Shown here piece after piece: positions 56,259-61,271 of a DNA stretch of 61,271 nucleotides (position 1 is the stretch's first letter; each line of letters begins with the position of its first letter). Source of the DNA: a virus (taxonomy: Duplodnaviria; Caudoviricetes). The notes beneath the pieces were generated by a model. It searched no databases, had not been told where the DNA came from, and worked only from the letters and a program-made list of their open reading frames with translations. Where the stretch lies: IMG/VR virus record IMGVR_UViG_3300032083_000576, positions 1-61,271 of that record. One strand, 5' to 3'. The translations under genes and the position numbers were made by a program.

Positions 56259-56626
56259 TGGCATATGCCACAGGTAAATATGCTAATGCTATTTGTGATA
56301 GATGTGGCTTTAAATACCCGTACTTGTCTATGAAAACTGAATGGGATCACACACGAGTTTGTCATGAATGTTATGAACCGAAACATCCACAACTAGACCC
56401 TTCTCATCCTCCTGTTGATGCAGAATCTTTGTGGCAACCAAGACCTGATGTTAGTTTACCTCAGGCTCAGTTAGGAAGAGTTACAACTAGAAATCCTTCG
56501 GACACGGTAATAAGTCAAAAAGGAACAAACATGATGCGATTCAGAGACGACCCTAATATAGGTAGTAAATTTGTAGGGGAACAAGGATTAGGTGAGTTAG
56601 GCGATATCACAGTGGGCACAAGCTAA
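56258..56626 (+). CDS. Zn-binding virion-module protein
   Basis: CDRCGF...CHECYEPKHPQL...PRPD. Confidence 0.75.
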   Translation: MAYATGKYANAICDRCGFKYPYLSMKTEWDHTRVCHECYEPKHPQLDPSHPPVDAESLWQPRPDVSLPQAQLGRVTTRNPSDTVISQKGTNMMRFRDDPNIGSKFVGEQGLGELGDITVGTS

Positions 56627-57279
56627 TGGCAGGATTTACTTATAACGGACTAACCACAGCTATCCAAAACTATATGGATAACACTGAAACAACGTTTACA
56701 AACACAATACCAACGTTTATCCAACAAGCTGAAGAAAAAATACTAAAATCTGTAGACCTTCCTGTGTTTAGAGAAAACGTCACAGGAACTGGTTCTTCTG
56801 GTAATACTTATTTATCAACCCCCACAGATTTTTTATCTCCGCGTAGTTTAGCTGTGATTGACAGCAGCGGTAATTATAGTTATTTATTATTAAAACATGT
56901 GTCTTGGATTAGAGACTATACTCCTGCAGCAGCCACGACAGGAGACCCATTGTTTTATGCTTTATTCGACGATAATACTTTTATTTTAGCTCCAACACCA
57001 AACAGCAACTTTACATTTGAACTGCATTATTTCTATAGACCGTCCTCATTAGTAGATGCAGGCGGGACAGGAAGCACGTGGCTATCTACAAATGCGTCTA
57101 ATACTTTGTTATATGGTTCTTTAGTTGAGGCGGCTATTTTTATGAAACTAACCCCCGCAGAAATACAGACATATGATGTTAAATATCAAGAAGGATTAAC
57201 AAGGTTAAAATTATTAGGTGAATCAAAAGATGTAAGAGACGAAGCAAGGTACGACAGCCTAAGAGTACCTCCTCAGTAA
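56626..57279 (+). CDS. Second neck/adaptor protein
   Basis: FIQQAE, LAPTP, TWLS, LLYGSLVEA. Confidence 0.75.
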   Translation: MAGFTYNGLTTAIQNYMDNTETTFTNTIPTFIQQAEEKILKSVDLPVFRENVTGTGSSGNTYLSTPTDFLSPRSLAVIDSSGNYSYLLLKHVSWIRDYTPAAATTGDPLFYALFDDNTFILAPTPNSNFTFELHYFYRPSSLVDAGGTGSTWLSTNASNTLLYGSLVEAAIFMKLTPAEIQTYDVKYQEGLTRLKLLGESKDVRDEARYDSLRVPPQ

Positions 57280-57281
57280 CT

Positions 57282-58010
57282 ATGTTAAAAGAACCTATAC
57301 CGTCGTTACAAGGAAAAAACATAGCTTTAGTAGCCATGGGGCAAAGTCAAATAGATTATCATTTATCAAGAACACATAGTTTAGCTTTTGACGAAATATG
57401 GGCTGTAAACGCGATGATTGGAGTTTTACCTGAAATAGACAGAGCTTTTATATTAGATCCTATGTTTCGATTTCTAGACACTGAAGACGCAGGAAGTATG
57501 ACCCAAATGATGAGAAAATACCTTCCTCAAGCAAAATACCCCGTATATACTTGTGAACTTGACGAAAGAGTTCCGTATGCTGAGGAGTTTCCACTTGAAC
57601 CTTTAATACAAGATTTAGGCTGTGCTTATTTTAATAATACTGTAGCCTATGCCATAGCTTTTGCATTATGGAATCAAGTCAGTCATCTAACTGTTTTTGG
57701 CGTAGATTTTACATACAAAACAAATATGCATTTTGCAGAGTCAGGGAAAGCCTGTTGTGAGTTTTGGTTAGCTAAATGTATGGAAAATGAGATAAATATC
57801 TCTGTTGCGCCAAGATCGAACTTGTTAGAAACTAGTACAAACACTAAAGAAAAACTTTATGGGTATCATAGATTAAAAGACCCTACCATTACCTATCAAA
57901 AAGAAGGTACAATAAAAACTTGTAAATGGTCGGAGGTAGAGCAGATTAACCAACCCGAACCGCAAATGATAGATAGAAATGATTTACCACCAGAACCAGA
58001 GGAGTATTAA
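57282..58010 (+). CDS. Putative enzyme with GT29/GT42 sialyltransferase-like or DUF115-like fold
   Basis: IALVAMG, IWAVN, FNNTVAYAIAFA, VFGVDF, EFW pattern. Confidence 0.45.
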   Translation: MLKEPIPSLQGKNIALVAMGQSQIDYHLSRTHSLAFDEIWAVNAMIGVLPEIDRAFILDPMFRFLDTEDAGSMTQMMRKYLPQAKYPVYTCELDERVPYAEEFPLEPLIQDLGCAYFNNTVAYAIAFALWNQVSHLTVFGVDFTYKTNMHFAESGKACCEFWLAKCMENEINISVAPRSNLLETSTNTKEKLYGYHRLKDPTITYQKEGTIKTCKWSEVEQINQPEPQMIDRNDLPPEPEEY

Positions 58011-58300
58011 TGTTTTCACTTAATTCTGAAACAGAAGTTGGCAACCTTGGCGTTGTCACAACCGAGCACAGAGGGCACACTGTAGAAGAAGTTGCAGAAA
58101 TGGCAACTAAGAGATTAGTTTCTATTAGCGACGAAGCCCCTGCACCCATAAGGGCACAAGCACATGCTTTTAGAGAAGCATGCAAAAAAGTTGTTATTTA
58201 TTATATGCACGAGGCTGTAAAAAACCATGTATGTACAATATGTAATGAATTAGAAAAACAAGGTCAACACGACCTAGCAAATATTATTAGGAGACTATAA
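58010..58300 (+). CDS. Hypothetical protein
   Basis: GAGGAG SD; coupled. Confidence 0.7.
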   Translation: MFSLNSETEVGNLGVVTTEHRGHTVEEVAEMATKRLVSISDEAPAPIRAQAHAFREACKKVVIYYMHEAVKNHVCTICNELEKQGQHDLANIIRRL

Positions 58301-58731
58301 TGGCGATAACACAAGCAATGTGCACTAGCTTTAAAAAAGAACTATTAGAAGCAAAACATAACTTTCTTGCCTCAGGTGGTAATAGTTTTAAACTAGCGTT
58401 ATACACAAGTTCTGCAACCATGACTGCAGCTACTACAGCGTTTACAACTACAAACCAAGCATCTGGAACAAACTATACTTCAGGGGGAGCTGCCTTAACT
58501 AATGTTAATCCATCATCTTCAGGAACAACAGCGTTTACTGATTTTGCAGATTTAACATTTGGAACAGCAACAATTACTGCAAGAGGTTGTATGATTTACA
58601 ACGATACTGCATCGGGGGATCCCGCTGTAGCTGTGTTTGATTTTGGCGGAGATAAAACATCTACTGCAGGAAGTTTTACTATTCAGTTCCCAACAGCAGA
58701 CGCTAGTAATGCAGTAATAAGAATAGCGTAA
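58300..58731 (+). CDS. Conserved virion structural protein
   Basis: MAITQAMCTSFK.EL, FKLALYT, DFGGDKTS, FTIQFP. Confidence 0.8.
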   Translation: MAITQAMCTSFKKELLEAKHNFLASGGNSFKLALYTSSATMTAATTAFTTTNQASGTNYTSGGAALTNVNPSSSGTTAFTDFADLTFGTATITARGCMIYNDTASGDPAVAVFDFGGDKTSTAGSFTIQFPTADASNAVIRIA

Positions 58732-58738
58732 ATAGCCT

Positions 58739-59632
58739 ATGGCTAACGTAACGGGCTGGGGTCGCGGAACCTGGGGTTCTGGGGCTTGGAGTGAAGAAGA
58801 TCCTGTTGTAATAACAGGGTTAGCGGGCACTTCTGCGTTAGGCAGTTTAACGGTAACAGGACAGGCTAATGTAACCGAAACTGGTGTTGCTGGAACAGGT
58901 GGTCTAGGCTCTCTCACTATAGCCGCTGCTGCAAACGTTTCTGAAACAGGTGTTAACGGCACAGGAGGAATCGGCTCATTAATAGCTACGGGAGCTGCTA
59001 ACGTAGTCGAAACAGGTCTAGCTGGAACAGGTGGTTTAGGATCTCTAACAGCTACAGGTATTGCAAATACTTCTGTGACTGGGATCGCAGCTTCGTCTGG
59101 GTTAGGATCTCTAACAGCTACGGGAGCTGCCACCATAACCGAAACAGGTTTAGCAGCAACAAGTGGTTTAGGCACTTTAACTCCTACAGGTGACGCTAAT
59201 GTAGTCGAAACAGGTGTAGTAGGAACAACAGCTTTAGGTAATGTGATTACCGCAGGAGCTGCAATAACAGGTGTTTCAGGTGCTGCTTCTACAATAGCAT
59301 TGGGTGAAGAAACTGTAACATGTGATGCTAACGTATTCCCAACAGGTGTTGCGGCTACTACGGCTTTAGGAAGTGTAGCTACAGTTACAGATAACGTATT
59401 TAGTATCACTGGTCTTGCAGGAGCAGGTGCAGTAGGAACAATAACTACTACAGCTGCTGCTGTAGTAATACCCACAGGGGTAGCAGCTTCGGGAGCAATC
59501 AGTCAAATACTTGTTTGGGGGAAAGTAGATGATTCCCAAAATGCTGATTGGTCGGGAATAACAGATACTCAAACCCCTAATTGGACGAGCATTTCTGATT
59601 CTCAGACTCCAGGATGGGAAGAAGTTGCTTAA
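58739..59632 (+). CDS. Repeat-rich fibre/collar protein
   Basis: About ten ~21-aa repeats (ETGxAGTGGLGSLTATGAANV-like); N-terminal WGRGTWG. Confidence 0.75.
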   Translation: MANVTGWGRGTWGSGAWSEEDPVVITGLAGTSALGSLTVTGQANVTETGVAGTGGLGSLTIAAAANVSETGVNGTGGIGSLIATGAANVVETGLAGTGGLGSLTATGIANTSVTGIAASSGLGSLTATGAATITETGLAATSGLGTLTPTGDANVVETGVVGTTALGNVITAGAAITGVSGAASTIALGEETVTCDANVFPTGVAATTALGSVATVTDNVFSITGLAGAGAVGTITTTAAAVVIPTGVAASGAISQILVWGKVDDSQNADWSGITDTQTPNWTSISDSQTPGWEEVA

Positions 59633-59680
59633 CTAATATGAAAAAAGAGAATATAATCAAAATGTACGGAGAATACTAAT

Positions 59681-61271
59681 ATGGCAAGCACATACGTAAA
59701 TGACCTTAGACTTAATGAAATGGCGACAGGTGATGCGTCAGGAAGCTGGGGAACAGTCACAAACACCAACTTAGAGTTGATCGGCGAAGCTTTAGGCTTT
59801 GGCACAGAAGCAATAACCACCAACGCAGATACGCATACATCTACAGTAGCAGATGGAGCTACAGACCCAGTAAGGGCGATGTATGTTAAATATACAGGCA
59901 CATTAGATTCAGCTTGTACAATTACTATTGCACCTAACACAATCAATAGGATGCAATTTATAGAGAACGGAACAAGTGGTTCTCAAAACATAGTAATTTC
60001 ACAAGGCTCTGGAGCTAACGTAACGATCGCTCCTGGTGATGCAAAAGCAGTTTACCTAGATGGTGCTGGTTCAGGAGCAGCAGTAACAGATGCTTTTGCT
60101 AGTCTTTCTGTAGTAGACCTAAAAGTACAAGACGATTTAACAGTTACAGATGATGCCTCAGTAGGTGGTGATTTAGCCACAACAGGTGCTTCTACAGCAG
60201 CCAGTTATAATGGCATAACCAGTAAGACCTTTGGTACATCCTCCATAATGATTGGAGACAATGCGACTGGTACTATAGATGCTGCTAACTATAATGTTGG
60301 ATTAGGTGTAGATGTTTTTGCAGCTTTGACTACTGGAGACTATAACACTGCTGTAGGTTTTAGTTCTTTAAAAGACCTTACAACAGGAACTCGTAATGTT
60401 GCAATGGGTGATTCTACTCTTGAAAATAATACTACAGCTAATGATAATACTGCATTTGGTTCTGCTGCTTTATATTTAAACACTACAGGAAATAACAACG
60501 TAGCAGTAGGTGCAGCAGCTTTAAATGGAAATGTAACAGCACATAGGTCAACCGCCGTAGGTTACGAAGCTTTAAAAGTTTCTAACGTATCTGGTAATTC
60601 AAATGCTTCTAACACCGCAGTAGGTTTTCAAGCAGGACTTTCTACAACTACAGGAACTGCAAATGTTTTTATAGGTTCACAAAATGGAGATGCAAATACC
60701 ACAGGAAGTAACAACACAGCCGTAGGTTTAGGTGCTTTATCTGATAACACCACAGCAGCTAACAACGTAGCCGTTGGTTTTCAGTCTTTACTAGCAAATA
60801 CGACAGCAGCAGATAATACGTCTGTGGGTTCACAAGCTTTACTAGCAAACACAACTGGTGCTTCAAATACCGCAATCGGTAGAGCAGCCTTACAAGCAAA
60901 CACTACAGGTGGTACTAACACCGCAGTTGGTGCAGTGTCCTTAGACGCTAACACAACAGGTGCGGCAAACACGGCTCTTGGTAATGCGGCATTAGGGGCT
61001 AACACGACTGCAAATGCAAATACAGGAATAGGCAATAATGCTTTAGTAGCAAATACAACGGGTGCTGCTAATTCTGCTGTAGGTAGTGGTGCTTTAGCCG
61101 CAAACACCACAGCATCTAACAATGTAGCAGTTGGCTATAACTCTTTAACAGCAAACACTACAGGTGCAAATAACGTAGCAGTTGGTTCTCTTACTTTAGA
61201 TGCTAATACTACAGGTTTAGAAAACACAGCAGTTGGTCAAGGTTCTATGTCAGGAACCACTACAGGTAGTT
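59681..61271 (+). CDS. Tail fibre / receptor-binding protein with YadA-head-like 14-aa repeats; runs off the window end, not in ORF track
   Basis: MASTYVNDLRL...WGTVTNTNLELI anchor, then about 20 repeats NTAVGxxALxANTTG; no stop before 61271. Confidence 0.85.
   Translation, partial: MASTYVNDLRLNEMATGDASGSWGTVTNTNLELIGEALGFGTEAITTNADTHTSTVADGATDPVRAMYVKYTGTLDSACTITIAPNTINRMQFIENGTSGSQNIVISQGSGANVTIAPGDAKAVYLDGAGSGAAVTDAFASLSVVDLKVQDDLTVTDDASVGGDLATTGASTAASYNGITSKTFGTSSIMIGDNATGTIDAANYNVGLGVDVFAALTTGDYNTAVGFSSLKDLTTGTRNVAMGDSTLENNTTANDNTAFGSAALYLNTTGNNNVAVGAAALNGNVTAHRSTAVGYEALKVSNVSGNSNASNTAVGFQAGLSTTTGTANVFIGSQNGDANTTGSNNTAVGLGALSDNTTAANNVAVGFQSLLANTTAADNTSVGSQALLANTTGASNTAIGRAALQANTTGGTNTAVGAVSLDANTTGAANTALGNAALGANTTANANTGIGNNALVANTTGAANSAVGSGALAANTTASNNVAVGYNSLTANTTGANNVAVGSLTLDANTTGLENTAVGQGSMSGTTTGS

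Noticed and set aside
58552-59475. 307-aa minus-strand ORF (also 60781-61122 and 59629-59946)
   Set aside because: Antisense shadows of Gly/Ala/Thr repeat fibre genes; no SD and opposite to the operon
60300-61271. Possible diversity-generating retroelement target
   Set aside because: No reverse transcriptase and no TR/VR pair with adenine-specific differences; these are ordinary coding repeats
1-61271. tRNA, rRNA, integrase, transposase or phage RNA polymerase genes
   Set aside because: None recognised by eye; tRNAscan-SE and HMM searches would be needed to exclude them formally

Overview
This window is a near-complete, circularly permuted genome of an AT-rich tailed dsDNA phage, probably podovirus-like and marine; the host is unresolved. 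It opens just downstream of a tail-fibre gene and ends inside one (59681 to the window edge). Order: (1) tail, lysis and small basic-protein genes, 1-5.4 kb; (2) a five-gene cassette csgF, csgG, curlin-like beta-solenoid, FecR-domain protein and CHASE2 adenylate cyclase, 5.4-10.2 kb; (3) a sulfotransferase-like gene and probable internal virion proteins, 10.2-19.6 kb; (4) a lone minus-strand SNF2 helicase; (5) replication and nucleotide-modification genes (primase, AlkB-like oxygenase, UvrD-like helicase, methyltransferase, 5hmdU-DNA-kinase-like protein, dUMP hydroxymethylase-like protein, Nmad1, PolA), 21.3-33.7 kb; (6) many small early genes behind a repeated promoter and extended Shine-Dalgarno motif, with several candidate structured RNAs, 33.7-43 kb; (7) terS, a repeat-rich probable genome-end region, an ART-like gene, terL, portal, GroES, scaffold, Mu-gpT-like major capsid, and neck/tail genes. 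The strongest leads are the curli-plus-cAMP cassette, the thymidine-hypermodification cluster with a methyltransferase and no recognisable amino-acid transferase, a diverged ~190-bp inverted repeat bracketing the early/replication module, and candidate ncRNAs. All protein calls rest on motifs recognised by eye; no searches were run.
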